Made by a program: the position numbers and the translations under genes | From: an uncultured Nitrospinaceae bacterium | GTDB lineage: Bacteria > UBA8248 | DNA: 64,000 bases | Assembly: GCA_964005815.1 (NCBI GenBank) | Contig: CAXFSR010000043.1 | Location: 128,001-192,000, forward strand | Direction of reading: 5' to 3' | The notes under the pieces: model-generated | What the model was told of the DNA's origin: nothing | What the model saw: the letters and a program-made list of their open reading frames with translations, nothing else | Databases searched by the model: none | In this document: piece after piece, positions 38,429 through 49,238 of the stretch | Layout of the letters: every line of letters begins with the position of its first letter | Numbering within the stretch: the first letter of the stretch is position 1

Positions 38429-39421
38429 ATGTCTAAAGATGTTCTGATTTTAGCTGAAACGGCAGGTGATAAACTTGCGCTTGTTAGTAGTGAGTTGTCA
38501 GGTATTGGCAGGAAGTTGGCTGATGATATAGGTGGTAATCTAGTTGCAATCATTTTAGGACCAGAAGGTACTAAAGAATTATCAAAAGGCTTAATTTCAC
38601 TTGGAGTTGATAAAGTTGTTGTTGGAGAATTAGATATTTTCGATGGATATACTAATTCGTTCTATTTGGAAGGAATTGACGCTGCCGTCAAGGAATGCTC
38701 TCCGCATACTTTCCTTGTTGCAAACACTTCAATTGGCAGAGATATTGCACCCAGAATCGCATTCCGTCACGATGCCAGTTATGCCCATGATTGTACAGAA
38801 TTATCTTACGAAGATGAAAAACTGTGTGCAGTTAGGCCTATTTGGGGTGGAAGTGCTATTAGCCATGTAAAATCAAAAACAGAAAGCCTTTCCATTGCTT
38901 CTTTAAGAGCAAAAGCGTTGCCAATGGCAGATATTGCAGAAGGAAGAACTGGCGATTTAGTTGAACTGAATATTTCTATGGAATCAGGAGAAACACAAAT
39001 GAGTTTCCTAGAAGCAAAAAAAGTTCAATCTGAAGGAGTGAGACTTGAAGATGCCGAAATTGTTGTCAGTGGAGGCAGAGGACTGGGTGGAGCTGAGAAT
39101 TTCTCGCATTTAGAAGAATTAGGAAAGGTTTTAAAAGCAGCTGTAGGTGCTAGCAGAGCAGCTGTAGACGCTGGATGGGTACCTACTCAAATGCAAGTTG
39201 GACAAACTGGAAAAATTGTAAGTCCTAACTTATATATTGCAGTTGGAATTTCCGGCGCAATGCAACATATGGTTGGCGCTGGGCCAAGTAAAAATATAGT
39301 AGCAATCAATACAGATGCAGATGCGCCTATTTTCCAACGCGCTCGTTATGGCATAGTGGGAGACTATAAGAAAGTCATTCCCGCACTCACAGAGAAATTC
39401 GAAGAACTTTTACAAAGTTAA
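38429..39421 (+). CDS. etfA: Electron transfer flavoprotein alpha subunit
   Basis: [31 protein letters not shown]. Confidence 0.95.
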   Translation: MSKDVLILAETAGDKLALVSSELSGIGRKLADDIGGNLVAIILGPEGTKELSKGLISLGVDKVVVGELDIFDGYTNSFYLEGIDAAVKECSPHTFLVANTSIGRDIAPRIAFRHDASYAHDCTELSYEDEKLCAVRPIWGGSAISHVKSKTESLSIASLRAKALPMADIAEGRTGDLVELNISMESGETQMSFLEAKKVQSEGVRLEDAEIVVSGGRGLGGAENFSHLEELGKVLKAAVGASRAAVDAGWVPTQMQVGQTGKIVSPNLYIAVGISGAMQHMVGAGPSKNIVAINTDADAPIFQRARYGIVGDYKKVIPALTEKFEELLQS

Positions 39422-39446
39422 AGAAACTTTATTTCTCAGATAAAAA

Positions 39447-40139
39447 TTATTCTTCGATTATTGCAACAGCTCTGATTGGACTCCCAGTTCCCTCCGAAAA
39501 CTTAAGTGGAAATCCTACAAAAAGAAATTCACCAATCCCAATCAAGGATTCTAAGTTACATAGACTTTCCATATGAGTTATATTTCTTTCCCAACAAGCC
39601 TTATGCACTAAGGCATTCTCATCACCCTCTTCTGGTCCGGGTCTCATTGAATCAATCCCAAAGCTTACTATTTCTTGATCTGCAAGCCATTCTGTTGCTT
39701 CTACACTTACACCGGGATTATCAGAAGAATAAGCAGGAGTTGGGAAAGTCCGTTCATGATGACCGGTACAAAGCAAAATTGTACCGCCCTTAGGAATAGA
39801 TAATCCAGACTTTTCGACTGCTTCTTGAAGATGCGCAGGAGTAATTATACTTCTTGCCTCCATATGTCGGAGATCAAGGCATATTCCTTTGACATAACAA
39901 TTTTCTAGCGGATATTTATCAATGCTAGTTGCATCTTTGTGGAAATGTCTAGGTGCATCTAAGTGAGTTCCACCGTGATCTGGCATACTGAAATAGTGAA
40001 CAGAATTTCCCCAGACATTTCCTGAATCTACAAACGCATCTTCATGAGATTTCCAAACTCCTTTAATTATTGGAGGTTGGCCAGGATAATTTGGAGTTCT
40101 ATGATAAATCTCCCTAGTTAAATCTATAAATTTTGGCAT
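39447..40139 (-). CDS. Cyclase family (kynurenine formamidase-like) metal hydrolase
   Basis: HGGTHLDAPRH, GTGSPIRA; ATG 40139 after AAGGAG. Confidence 0.88.
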   Translation of the reverse strand: MPKFIDLTREIYHRTPNYPGQPPIIKGVWKSHEDAFVDSGNVWGNSVHYFSMPDHGGTHLDAPRHFHKDATSIDKYPLENCYVKGICLDLRHMEARSIITPAHLQEAVEKSGLSIPKGGTILLCTGHHERTFPTPAYSSDNPGVSVEATEWLADQEIVSFGIDSMRPGPEEGDENALVHKACWERNITHMESLCNLESLIGIGEFLFVGFPLKFSEGTGSPIRAVAIIEE

Positions 40140-40155
40140 TGCAAACACTCCTTTT

Positions 40156-41388
40156 TTAGATAGAACATTTCAAAATATGAAGTCCGTGATTTTTATCTGT
40201 AACATATATGTACCCTCTTCTATCTACTAATACGTCCTCGCTCTGAGTGACCAATGTTTCAGGTAGCAATCCAAGTCTTTTAGTTGGATCTGAAGGTATG
40301 TAATACGCTATCTCTTTTGGAAGATCTGGATCAGAAATATCATAAATTCTCAACCCAGCATTAAAATAAGTAAGATAAATCCTATCTTCTTTTTGCTCTA
40401 AACATTCTAGTCCTTGTGCATGATGTTGATTATGAGGACCAAATCGTCCTCCCCTTTCACAGAAATTTTTGTGAGTATATCCTTTTGGTGGTTCAGGAAC
40501 TGGAAACAAACTTTTTAAACGAGGATTCGTCTCATCACTTATATCTATAATTGCCGTATAATTAAGTGGCTCATCGCATTTTTCTTTTAGGGCCTCACTA
40601 TTAGCAATCGCAAAACCCTTAGAAAAATATGGATAAACTGTATGAACAGCTATTGCACTACCAAGAGGAGGATATATATTTAATCTACTCACAATTTTCG
40701 GATTTTGTATATCTTCTATATTTACGACAACCATCCCCCCCCTTGCATAGGGGAGATAGGCTCTTCCATTTTCGGCATGAGCAGGACCATGCTGAAAGAT
40801 TCTAAGACCTTCTTGCAACTCCTCTTTTCCATCTTCTTTCTGCTCAGGCAAGGAAAATTTTGACACTTCTTTAGGAGAACTTGGATCACTAACATCTAGA
40901 ATTCTATATATCTGACCATTATAACCTGGACAACAAGCAGACAGATGAGCGTACTTGCCACCATTATAGAAATTCCTGTGAGTGCCATCAGAACCTGTTT
41001 CCCAGTGGGACAATAACTTGGGCATAGTAGGATCTGTAGATACATCCCATATAAAGATTCCTTCAGCTTCTGGGGGATCATCTGGTCTAGTGCCCCATCC
41101 CGGTGGAATTTTCTCTAGAGAAGTAATTAATATTCCTTCTGCTACTTGAACTTGTAAAGTCCAGGTATTATCTGGTCCTTCTATAAAATTCAAATATTCA
41201 GGTTTGTCAGGTTCCGTTACATCTAAGACACTCCATCCACTGACCCAAAAGTGTGACAAATACAAATAAAACCGACCATTAACTTCTTGCATAGCGATTT
41301 TGAAAGCAGGTCTATCTTTTAAATCATTGTATCCAACCAAATCGATATTTTTAGATGCAATCGCCTCAGGGGCTTGAGAAATAGCCAA
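40156..41388 (-). CDS. LVIVD-repeat protein
   Basis: Repeated xxDVSDP units, GGRFGPHNQH, YFNAGLRIYDI. Confidence 0.8.
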   Translation of the reverse strand: MAISQAPEAIASKNIDLVGYNDLKDRPAFKIAMQEVNGRFYLYLSHFWVSGWSVLDVTEPDKPEYLNFIEGPDNTWTLQVQVAEGILITSLEKIPPGWGTRPDDPPEAEGIFIWDVSTDPTMPKLLSHWETGSDGTHRNFYNGGKYAHLSACCPGYNGQIYRILDVSDPSSPKEVSKFSLPEQKEDGKEELQEGLRIFQHGPAHAENGRAYLPYARGGMVVVNIEDIQNPKIVSRLNIYPPLGSAIAVHTVYPYFSKGFAIANSEALKEKCDEPLNYTAIIDISDETNPRLKSLFPVPEPPKGYTHKNFCERGGRFGPHNQHHAQGLECLEQKEDRIYLTYFNAGLRIYDISDPDLPKEIAYYIPSDPTKRLGLLPETLVTQSEDVLVDRRGYIYVTDKNHGLHILKCSI

Positions 41389-41420
41389 AAGAACCTCCTC
41401 TTCTTATCTCGAAAATGAAT

Positions 41421-42215
41421 TTAATAACGTGTTGCACTACAACCACCACCATCAATAATAATTGATTCACCTGTAATACATGAAGAAAGATCAGAACAAA
41501 GAAACAATACTGTCTTTGCGCAATCATCCGGCGTAATAAATCTACCTATAGGAATACGTGACAGTCTCTCACTTTCTACTTCTTCTACTGATTTTCCAGT
41601 ATAATCTGAAATTCTTTTATTCTGCATATCCATACGAGGTGTTTTTGTTGAACCTGGATTAATTAAATTTACTCGTATGTTGTCAGGAGCTAATCGCTTT
41701 GCTAGCAAATGTTTATAAGCTGCAATGCCCGCATTAGGAATGCAACCAGAACCCTGTAAAGATGCAGAGTGAAGTTGACTAAGACCAGACGTGAAAATTA
41801 TCGAACCTCCACCTCTTTGCTTCATAGAAGGCACGACTAAACGTGCTAATCGAATTGCCGAACGTAATTTCAAATCAAAAGCAATATCAATTTCCTCATC
41901 TGTCGTATCTAAAGGGTCTGTTCTCCTACTAACACCTGCCACATTTACTAAAAAATCAATACCTCCAAATTCTTCGATACATTTATTAACGACTATTTCA
42001 CAGGCATTACTTTCTGTCAGATCAATCGGAACAGCTATGGATTTTCCGCCATTTTTATTAATCTCAGTAACATTGTTTCTCAAGTTTTCTTCATTCCTTG
42101 CAGTCAATAAAACTGATGCACCAGCACGACTTAACCACTGAGCACAACCCAGACCTATACCTTGACTTGCACCAGTAACAATCGCACATTTTCCATTTAA
42201 ATCAATATTTATCAT
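41421..42215 (-). CDS. SDR family oxidoreductase (atypical, no YxxxK)
   Basis: TGASQGIG, NVAG, GCIPN at the catalytic position. Confidence 0.85.
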   Translation of the reverse strand: MINIDLNGKCAIVTGASQGIGLGCAQWLSRAGASVLLTARNEENLRNNVTEINKNGGKSIAVPIDLTESNACEIVVNKCIEEFGGIDFLVNVAGVSRRTDPLDTTDEEIDIAFDLKLRSAIRLARLVVPSMKQRGGGSIIFTSGLSQLHSASLQGSGCIPNAGIAAYKHLLAKRLAPDNIRVNLINPGSTKTPRMDMQNKRISDYTGKSVEEVESERLSRIPIGRFITPDDCAKTVLFLCSDLSSCITGESIIIDGGGCSATRY

Positions 42216-42263
42216 TTTTTCCCTATCATATTAGAAGAAATAAAAGATATTTACTTATTAGAC

Positions 42264-43298
42264 TTAGAAAAAATAAGTTTTATCTTTCAATCTTGGGTAC
42301 AGATGTGAAACAAATTCAGTATATCCATTGAATATTTGTGTTCTTCTGCTCTGATTAGTCCCCAACATTCTTTCAGTTTTTTGAGACCACCTTGGATGAT
42401 CAAAATTAGGATTAACGTTTGCCCAAAATCCGTATTCTTTAGGTTGGGCAATTTCCCAAAATGTCTTAGGCCTTTCCTCAACAAAGTCTATAGATACAAT
42501 AGATTTTATACTCTTAAATCCATACTTCCAGGGTACGACTAATCGAATTGGCGCACCGTGTTGTTTCGGCAATGTTTTTCCGTATATTCCAGTAGCAAGA
42601 AAAGAAAGTTCATTCATTGCTTCTTCTATAGTGAGACACTCAACATAAGGCCATGAATACCAGGTTTGAAGTTGTCCTAATGCAACTCTACGATTTAAAA
42701 AAGTAGTAAAAACGACATATTTTGCACGACTTGATGGCACTACTCTTTTAATAAATTCAGACAGCGAAAATCCAACCCATGGAACCGCCATTGCCCAAGC
42801 CTCAACACAACGAAACCTATACAACCTTTCTTCCAAAGGCATGAGTTTGATTAAACGATCAATGTCAAAAAGAATCTTTTTTTTTGCAAGACCGTCAACA
42901 AGAACTTGCCAGGGTCTCACTTTCAGTCTTTGTGCAAGCCACGCAATATTCTTTGATGGACCAAATTCAAAAAAATTATTATATCTTGCAGCAATTATTT
43001 GGTTTGTAAGAGGTCTGTCCAATATATACTTATCGTTTCTTGGAACTACACTAAACCTATCTTTTTTCCCAATTGGCAATCTATTTTCACTATTAGTCTG
43101 CGCAGAGACATTGGAAATGGAAGAGGAACCAAGTATTATTGAGCTAAATGCGTACTTAACAAATTCTCTTCTTTTCAGGTATACATTTTCTGGTGTGGCA
43201 AGAGAATCTTTAAGCTTCCACTTTGAATTAAAAAAAATGTAGTTAACCCCCCTAATATTTCTTAAAGTTTTCAATCCTGCAACAATAATTTTTCGCAA
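42264..43298 (-). CDS. msrP: Protein-methionine-sulfoxide reductase catalytic subunit
   Basis: Tat motif RREF, YNNFFEFG, RFRCVEAW, GAPIRLVVPWKYGFKSIKSI, HPRWSQ; true start uncertain (possibly 43238). Confidence 0.92.
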   Translation of the reverse strand: MRKIIVAGLKTLRNIRGVNYIFFNSKWKLKDSLATPENVYLKRREFVKYAFSSIILGSSSISNVSAQTNSENRLPIGKKDRFSVVPRNDKYILDRPLTNQIIAARYNNFFEFGPSKNIAWLAQRLKVRPWQVLVDGLAKKKILFDIDRLIKLMPLEERLYRFRCVEAWAMAVPWVGFSLSEFIKRVVPSSRAKYVVFTTFLNRRVALGQLQTWYSWPYVECLTIEEAMNELSFLATGIYGKTLPKQHGAPIRLVVPWKYGFKSIKSIVSIDFVEERPKTFWEIAQPKEYGFWANVNPNFDHPRWSQKTERMLGTNQSRRTQIFNGYTEFVSHLYPRLKDKTYFF

Positions 43299-44509
43299 TA
43301 CGGAGCCCTAGTCATGTACACAGGCTCATCTTCTGTTACAAGAATATGATCTTCAATCCTAACTCCTGCGCCTCCAGGTATACCATCAACAAAAATAAGA
43401 GGCTCGATTGCAAAAGTCATACCAGGTTCAAATTTAACCTCTTCAGCTCCAGGCATAACTTCCCCAACATATGGAGGTTCATTTGGAGAAATTCCACAAC
43501 CATGACCAATAAATAATTTAATGAAGTTATTTTCCAACCCTGCGGAACGTGCTACTTCAATGAATTCTTGGGCAGAATCATCGTTTGTATATCCTGGCCT
43601 CATCTTTGCTATACCAGCTTTCAATGCTTTATAAACCGTTGTATAAACTTTCTGTTGCATTGGGTGAGGAGGTCCTCCTGCTAAAGTAGCTCTACCACAA
43701 TCTCCAAAATATCCGTTCCAACATGCTCCAATATCTATAAAAACAACATCTCCGTTTCTTATGATTTTATCCGTTGGGAATCTAGTTGGAGGTGCCATGT
43801 GTTCACCAGAAGCAACAAAAGGTGATGCCAGATGACCAAATTCTCCACCATGTGTAAAAAGAGTTTTCATTGCTTCTGCAGCTACATCATATTCTCTAAC
43901 ACCTGGCTTAGAGTTTTCAATTGCAGTCATTGTTACAGAATCAGCAATAGCACAAGCCTGCATCAAACAAGCAACTTCGTCAGGAGTTTTATTTACTCTG
44001 CTGAGATACATAAATCTTTCACCATCAACGAAATTCGCTTCAGGAAAATATTTTTCTAATGCAGATCTTTGCATAAATGTGTGACCATCAAGTCCTATGG
44101 TTTTATTTGCAACATCCCAGTCTTTTAGTCGTGGTAAAATTTCATCCTTAACAGTCAAATCAACCAATCCAGGCTCCTCGAGAATACCGATAGGCACATA
44201 ATCCTTAATCCAAGGCATGCATTGCTCAATTCTATGTGCTTCTCCAGATGATGCTAGCAGTGTAGGTTCACCATCTTGATGAAGCAAAACCCCATATGTT
44301 GTAGACGACCTATACTGAATCATAATCGCCCTCAAACTGGTAAGATATCGAACATTTTCATCTTTCCATAAAATCAGTGCATCTATTCCCTGATCTTTCA
44401 TTGCATCCTGAGTCTTTTTAATTCTTTCTTTTCTCATACGCTCAAAATCAATTCGATGTTCCCAGTCAACCATCATACTTCCACGCGCCCAGGTCGGATA
44501 TTTAACCAT
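43271..44509 (-). CDS. M24 family Xaa-Pro peptidase-like hydrolase
   Basis: DIG..GYFGD..R, GHGCG..EPP, EP, GVRIED. Confidence 0.9.
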   Translation of the reverse strand: MVKYPTWARGSMMVDWEHRIDFERMRKERIKKTQDAMKDQGIDALILWKDENVRYLTSLRAIMIQYRSSTTYGVLLHQDGEPTLLASSGEAHRIEQCMPWIKDYVPIGILEEPGLVDLTVKDEILPRLKDWDVANKTIGLDGHTFMQRSALEKYFPEANFVDGERFMYLSRVNKTPDEVACLMQACAIADSVTMTAIENSKPGVREYDVAAEAMKTLFTHGGEFGHLASPFVASGEHMAPPTRFPTDKIIRNGDVVFIDIGACWNGYFGDCGRATLAGGPPHPMQQKVYTTVYKALKAGIAKMRPGYTNDDSAQEFIEVARSAGLENNFIKLFIGHGCGISPNEPPYVGEVMPGAEEVKFEPGMTFAIEPLIFVDGIPGGAGVRIEDHILVTEDEPVYMTRAPYCEKLLLQD

Positions 44510-44546
44510 TCACATAACCTCCGCTAAATATAAAAAAAATATAGAA

Positions 44547-45545
44547 TCAAATTACGTTTTTTAAATTTGACAAAACTTCAAATGCGTTCTTTTCAGAAAT
44601 AGAATCTGGAATTCTTAAAATTGGTTGTGTAATACCTATAGAGTTTAAATTTTGAAGCTTAGCTTTTACCTCCTCTACAGTTCCACAAACAACCAAGTCT
44701 TCTAGAAGATGTTCATCCATAGCTTCGGCCGCTCCCTTTTTTCCATTTTCTTTCCAACCTGCTCTTATCAGATCTGCTTCTTTACCATAACCCCATCTAG
44801 TTAATTGAGCGTGATAGTAATCACCCATTGCAGCAACATAAAATGCAAGATCAGGTTTAACCTTTTCTCTAGCCTGCTTAGAGTCTTTGTCAGTACAATA
44901 ATAAATGAAGGGTGCGACATCCAGATCTTCTATTTTTCTCCCACTTTTCAAAATACTTTTTTCCAACGGTACCATAGCTTCCTTGAATCTACTAAATGGA
45001 ATACAAAATGGAATCCAACCATCCGCAACCTCTCCACATATAGCAATATTTTTAGGACCATTCGCAGCTAGATATAGTGGAATTTTTTTTTGTACAGGTT
45101 TTCTCCTAAGAGAGAAACCTTTAAGATTAATAGTCTTACCAGCAAATTCTATACGATTCCCATCAAAGATTTCTTTCAGGACACGAAAAAGTTCGTGTGT
45201 ACGAATCAAAGGTTCCTCAAAATTCACCGAATGCCAATTTTCATTAATCAGTTTTCCACTAACTCCTAATCCAAGATCAAAACGACCATGAGAAAGGTTA
45301 TCTATTTCAGAGGAAGTTTGTGCCAAAAGACCTGGAGTTCGACAAAAAAGATTAAACACAGCAGAACCAATTCTGATTCTTTTTGTAGCCATAGCAGCAA
45401 GCGCAAGCTGAACAGAGGCATCTCGAACCCAAGTCTCAGGAATCCATAATGCATGAGCTCCTGTCTCTTCTACTTTCTTAGAAAATTCTAAAATTGACTC
45501 AGCACTAATTTGGTCGAAATTCCACAACAAAACTCCAATATTCAT
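44547..45545 (-). CDS. LLM-class flavin/F420-dependent oxidoreductase
   Basis: WIPE..RDA, GRFDLGLG.SG, AANGPKN..GEVADGW. Confidence 0.88.
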   Translation of the reverse strand: MNIGVLLWNFDQISAESILEFSKKVEETGAHALWIPETWVRDASVQLALAAMATKRIRIGSAVFNLFCRTPGLLAQTSSEIDNLSHGRFDLGLGVSGKLINENWHSVNFEEPLIRTHELFRVLKEIFDGNRIEFAGKTINLKGFSLRRKPVQKKIPLYLAANGPKNIAICGEVADGWIPFCIPFSRFKEAMVPLEKSILKSGRKIEDLDVAPFIYYCTDKDSKQAREKVKPDLAFYVAAMGDYYHAQLTRWGYGKEADLIRAGWKENGKKGAAEAMDEHLLEDLVVCGTVEEVKAKLQNLNSIGITQPILRIPDSISEKNAFEVLSNLKNVI

Positions 45546-45721
45546 ATTTCACCTCAACAACAATAAATTTTTCGTATTTCCAAATATAATAAAGTGTATC
45601 CTCTAAAATTTATTTTTTAAATATTAGATAGAAACTTTAAAATTTTCTAACACGAGAGATTTCAGGAAAGGCTATCAAAGAAAGTAAAACCACCTTCCTT
45701 GATTATTTGAATTTAGAGTAT

Positions 45722-45751
45722 TTGACTTATGGTAATTAGTAGATATAGAAT
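45722..45751 (+). promoter_or_regulatory. Candidate sigma70 promoter of the HU gene
   Basis: TTGACT-N18-TAGAAT. Confidence 0.45.
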
Positions 45752-45827
45752 AGTCGACGTTATCAATTCAAAATATTTTGCACTTTTTTAGGACTGGTGC
45801 TTTTTAAATAATCGGAGGTTTTTTCCC

Positions 45828-46100
45828 ATGCATAAAGTTGATTTACAAGAGAAGATCGCAAGCGAAGCAGGTATTTCTAAAGCAGCAGCAGGTCGTGCCA
45901 TTGAATCTATTTTGGGGAACATCACAAAATCTCTAAAGAAGGGTGAGAGCGTTTCTTTGGTAGGATTTGGAACATTTAAAATTTCAAATCGCTCTGCGAG
46001 AGTTGGAAGAAACCCGAGAACTGGTGAGCAAATAAAAATCAAAGCGAGTAAATCCCCTAGATTCTCAGCAGGCAAGGGATTAAAAGACGCCGTAAATTAA
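45828..46100 (+). CDS. hup: DNA-binding protein HU
   Basis: [27 protein letters not shown]. Confidence 0.95.
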   Translation: MHKVDLQEKIASEAGISKAAAGRAIESILGNITKSLKKGESVSLVGFGTFKISNRSARVGRNPRTGEQIKIKASKSPRFSAGKGLKDAVN

Positions 46101-46142
46101 ATATTTTTCACATAGCAGGTCAATCAAAAACAAACCAGACAC

Positions 46143-47237
46143 TTAAGGTAGGATTTCTTTAAGTTTTTCTAGGAAAATTCTTATCTCTTCTGAGTTTCCT
46201 ACGGTCACCCTTATCCATTCTTTATTTTTAAAGAAAGATCCGGGTCTAACTATAATTCCACGTGACATTAGTTCATTTGAGATTTTATCTCCGTCGCCTA
46301 CTTCTACAAAAATAAAGTTTGCTTGGCTTTCTATAAATTTCAATCCTAAACGATTAAAACCTGCGTACAATAATTCCCTTCCATCTAAAACTAATTTTAT
46401 AACTCTATTCTTAAAATCAGAGTCATTTAGAGCAGCTAAAGAAGCAGATTGTGCCACTGAATTTACATTAAAAGGTTCCCTAACTCTATCCATAAAATTG
46501 ATAAGTTCACTATTTCCTATACCATATCCTACTCTCAATCCAGCCAAACCAAATATTTTCGAAAATGACCTGAGAATAAAAAGAGATTTTTCTTTAAGCA
46601 TTGAGACTGTATCGACACTTTTATCTCTTTCAACAAAATCTACATAAGCTTCATCAATTAGAACTAAAATATTTTCAGGCAAAGACTCCAAGAATCTAAG
46701 TAACTGATTCTTTGAGAGAATTTTCCCTGTTGGATTATTAGGACTACACAAAAAAATTAATTTTGTTTTTTTTGTTAAGCTCTCCAAAATTCCATCCAAG
46801 TTTATTTCAAAATTTTCCAATGGGATCAAAACAGGAATAGCTCCCATCAAACGACTGACATGCTCATAAGGAGCAAAACTAGGAGTTGGCAGAATAACTT
46901 CATCTCCATCGTTAAGGATTGTCCTTGAAAGAACGGATAAAACGTCATCTCCACCATTTCCAATAAAAATTGAACTACTATCTACTTTGTTGTAAATCCC
47001 TAACGAATTTCGTAAAGATTTAGAACCACTATCTGGATAACGGTGAATATCAGAAAAAGAAATACTAAGATCAGAAATAGCTAGTGGAGATGGGCCGAGA
47101 ACATTTTCATTACTTGCAAGCTTGATAACTCTATCTAATCTATACTCCTTTTGAACATCCTCTATAGAACGACCTGGGACGTAAGGCTCTAATGAAACGA
47201 CACCTTTTCTCAACATTTTATCAGGATCAAATGACAT
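46143..47237 (-). CDS. hisC: Histidinol-phosphate aminotransferase
   Basis: KLASNEN, PNNPTG, DEAY, RSFSKIFGLAGLRVGY. Confidence 0.92.
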   Translation of the reverse strand: MSFDPDKMLRKGVVSLEPYVPGRSIEDVQKEYRLDRVIKLASNENVLGPSPLAISDLSISFSDIHRYPDSGSKSLRNSLGIYNKVDSSSIFIGNGGDDVLSVLSRTILNDGDEVILPTPSFAPYEHVSRLMGAIPVLIPLENFEINLDGILESLTKKTKLIFLCSPNNPTGKILSKNQLLRFLESLPENILVLIDEAYVDFVERDKSVDTVSMLKEKSLFILRSFSKIFGLAGLRVGYGIGNSELINFMDRVREPFNVNSVAQSASLAALNDSDFKNRVIKLVLDGRELLYAGFNRLGLKFIESQANFIFVEVGDGDKISNELMSRGIIVRPGSFFKNKEWIRVTVGNSEEIRIFLEKLKEILP

Positions 47238-47273
47238 ACAAATACCTTTCGATTCTATGTAAGCAAGATTTCA

Positions 47274-47291
47274 GATCATAACATTATGATC
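47274..47291. promoter_or_regulatory. Perfect inverted repeat (operator candidate)
   Basis: GATCATAA-CA-TTATGATC between the divergent hisC and MoaD/ThiS genes. Confidence 0.35.
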
Positions 47292-47436
47292 AAGGCAAAA
47301 GAAAAACAAGCAAAATCTCTAGTGAATACTTTTCAAATCTCATGTTGAGCAAATTCGATTGTTTATGTAAATTCTAAAATTCAAGCACCAATAATAAATG
47401 ACATGATTAAATTAAATAAGCAAGGATTTTAGAGAA

Positions 47437-47679
47437 ATGGAAATAATCATAGGGCTTTTTGCTAATTTTGAAAATAAAATGCCGAAAGACCAAGATACAG
47501 AGGGTAGAGCAAAGATAGAAATTCCTAAAGGTTCAGATGTTTCGTTTGTCCTAAAAATCTTTGATATTCCTGAAGAAGAAGCGTACATCGTGTTAGTGAA
47601 TGGAAGACATGCAAAGAAAAATGTGATTTTATCAGAAGGTGACGAAATGTTCGTTTTTCCGGCAATCGTCGGAGGTTAA
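47437..47679 (+). CDS. MoaD/ThiS ubiquitin-like sulfur carrier
   Basis: VNGR, L.EGD, C-terminal GG. Confidence 0.88.
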   Translation: MEIIIGLFANFENKMPKDQDTEGRAKIEIPKGSDVSFVLKIFDIPEEEAYIVLVNGRHAKKNVILSEGDEMFVFPAIVGG

Positions 47680-47689
47680 CAACAGGACA

Positions 47690-48136
47690 TTAATTGCTTT
47701 TGAGTTTAATCATAAACGTTATTTCCCCTTCCTGTAATACAATATCTGAGAAATTTAATAGAGTTACTGAAAAAGTGACTAAACCCTTTCCTTTTTTACT
47801 CTTTCTGGATTCTAAAACTGTCAATTTTCCATAAACAGTATCATCAAAGAAAATTGGGCCTTTAAAACTCCAATTAACTCCAAGGAATGCTTCTATTGAT
47901 GTTTCCACTATACCCATTTGAGTTACAAGGCCTATTAAAACTGATAAACCTAACAGTCCGTGAGAAATTCTTTCTCCAAATGGGCCTTTAGATGCTAAGA
48001 CTTCATCCGTATGTAAATAAGTACTATCTCCAGTCAATTCAGCAAAAGATAGAACATCAGATTCAGAGATTTTTCTCAAATCTGTCTTCCAACTTTGTCC
48101 CACTTCGAAATCTTCAAAAAAAAGTATTGGAGGCAT
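47690..48136 (-). CDS. MaoC-family dehydratase
   Basis: FEDFEVGQ, FAELTGD...H.D, ISHG. Confidence 0.9.
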   Translation of the reverse strand: MPPILFFEDFEVGQSWKTDLRKISESDVLSFAELTGDSTYLHTDEVLASKGPFGERISHGLLGLSVLIGLVTQMGIVETSIEAFLGVNWSFKGPIFFDDTVYGKLTVLESRKSKKGKGLVTFSVTLLNFSDIVLQEGEITFMIKLKSN

Positions 48137-48160
48137 AAAAAATTAGTCCTTTTTAAGTGA

Positions 48161-49213
48161 TCAATTAACTAAGAATCTATAAACTACAATCCCCCATTGC
48201 TCTTTAGATTTATAGCTTAAAGATAGACTGTTAAACTTCCATCTTTTCAAATGGTTAATAGCATAAACTTCCAAATATGCATTAGCTTTTCTTTCTACTA
48301 AAACTCTACCAACACTTCCATCAGATAGAACCCAAAACTTTAAAACTACAGTTACTGGCATCTGCAAAGAACTAATTTTAGGAAGTGGAGGTGAAAAGAG
48401 TAAACGGCGAGTTCTCCTGTCCATTTCTTTACGTAAGGGACTATCTACAATAAGAATACTTTTGCTTCTTAACTCTTTTCGACTTTTCTCAAGATATTTA
48501 TCAATATCAATCTCTTTAGTTGAAACATTAACATCTCCAACAAATATACTTGTTTCCTCTGGGGAACGTTCTTTTTTCTTTAAAATATAATTTTTAAAAT
48601 CAATATTATGAATTTCTTTACTTAAAATCGATTTTGCTTCCTCTGACATAAAAAGATCTGCAAATTTCACTTTAGGTGATGCAACTATCTTCGATTTACT
48701 TTTTAGGTCAGTGAATTGCTTTCTTTTTTCTTTTCTTGTTTTTTTAGAGATAAATTTTCTATTGGGCAATGAAATCTTAGGAAAAGATTTTTGTGGGACA
48801 ATTTCAGCAGGATATTTAGGAATCCTAACTTGAGGAACATATTGAGGAGAAACTGGCTTTAAAGGCAATTTAGGGAGTCTGACAAATGGGATTTCTTCAA
48901 CTCTAGCTAAAATCGGTTTCACAGGCAACTTCGGTGGTTTGACTTTAGGTATAGTATTTGGATCAGACAAAACCGGCCTCGATGGCATTTTTGGTTTTTT
49001 AATTACAGGGATAAAACTTGGAACTGGCACCTCTGGAACCGGTTTATGAATTAATGCCTTAGGTAACTTCAAATGTCTATTCACAAAAGAGACTTCATGT
49101 TTCTTATATTCAGGCATACTCATTTTCGGCAACACGACATCAGGTGCAAAGATCACTAAAAGTGCATGTAAAAATACAGATCCAAAAATTCCACAGAGAA
49201 ATCGCAAAGTCAC
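48161..49213 (-). CDS. TonB-like energy transducer
   Basis: N-terminal TM with SxxxH (SVFLH), Pro-rich linker, C-terminal VVLKFWV..DGSV...WKF. Confidence 0.75.
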   Translation of the reverse strand: MTLRFLCGIFGSVFLHALLVIFAPDVVLPKMSMPEYKKHEVSFVNRHLKLPKALIHKPVPEVPVPSFIPVIKKPKMPSRPVLSDPNTIPKVKPPKLPVKPILARVEEIPFVRLPKLPLKPVSPQYVPQVRIPKYPAEIVPQKSFPKISLPNRKFISKKTRKEKRKQFTDLKSKSKIVASPKVKFADLFMSEEAKSILSKEIHNIDFKNYILKKKERSPEETSIFVGDVNVSTKEIDIDKYLEKSRKELRSKSILIVDSPLRKEMDRRTRRLLFSPPLPKISSLQMPVTVVLKFWVLSDGSVGRVLVERKANAYLEVYAINHLKRWKFNSLSLSYKSKEQWGIVVYRFLVN

Positions 49214-49238
49214 AATATGACCCCTTTCAAAAGAACAG

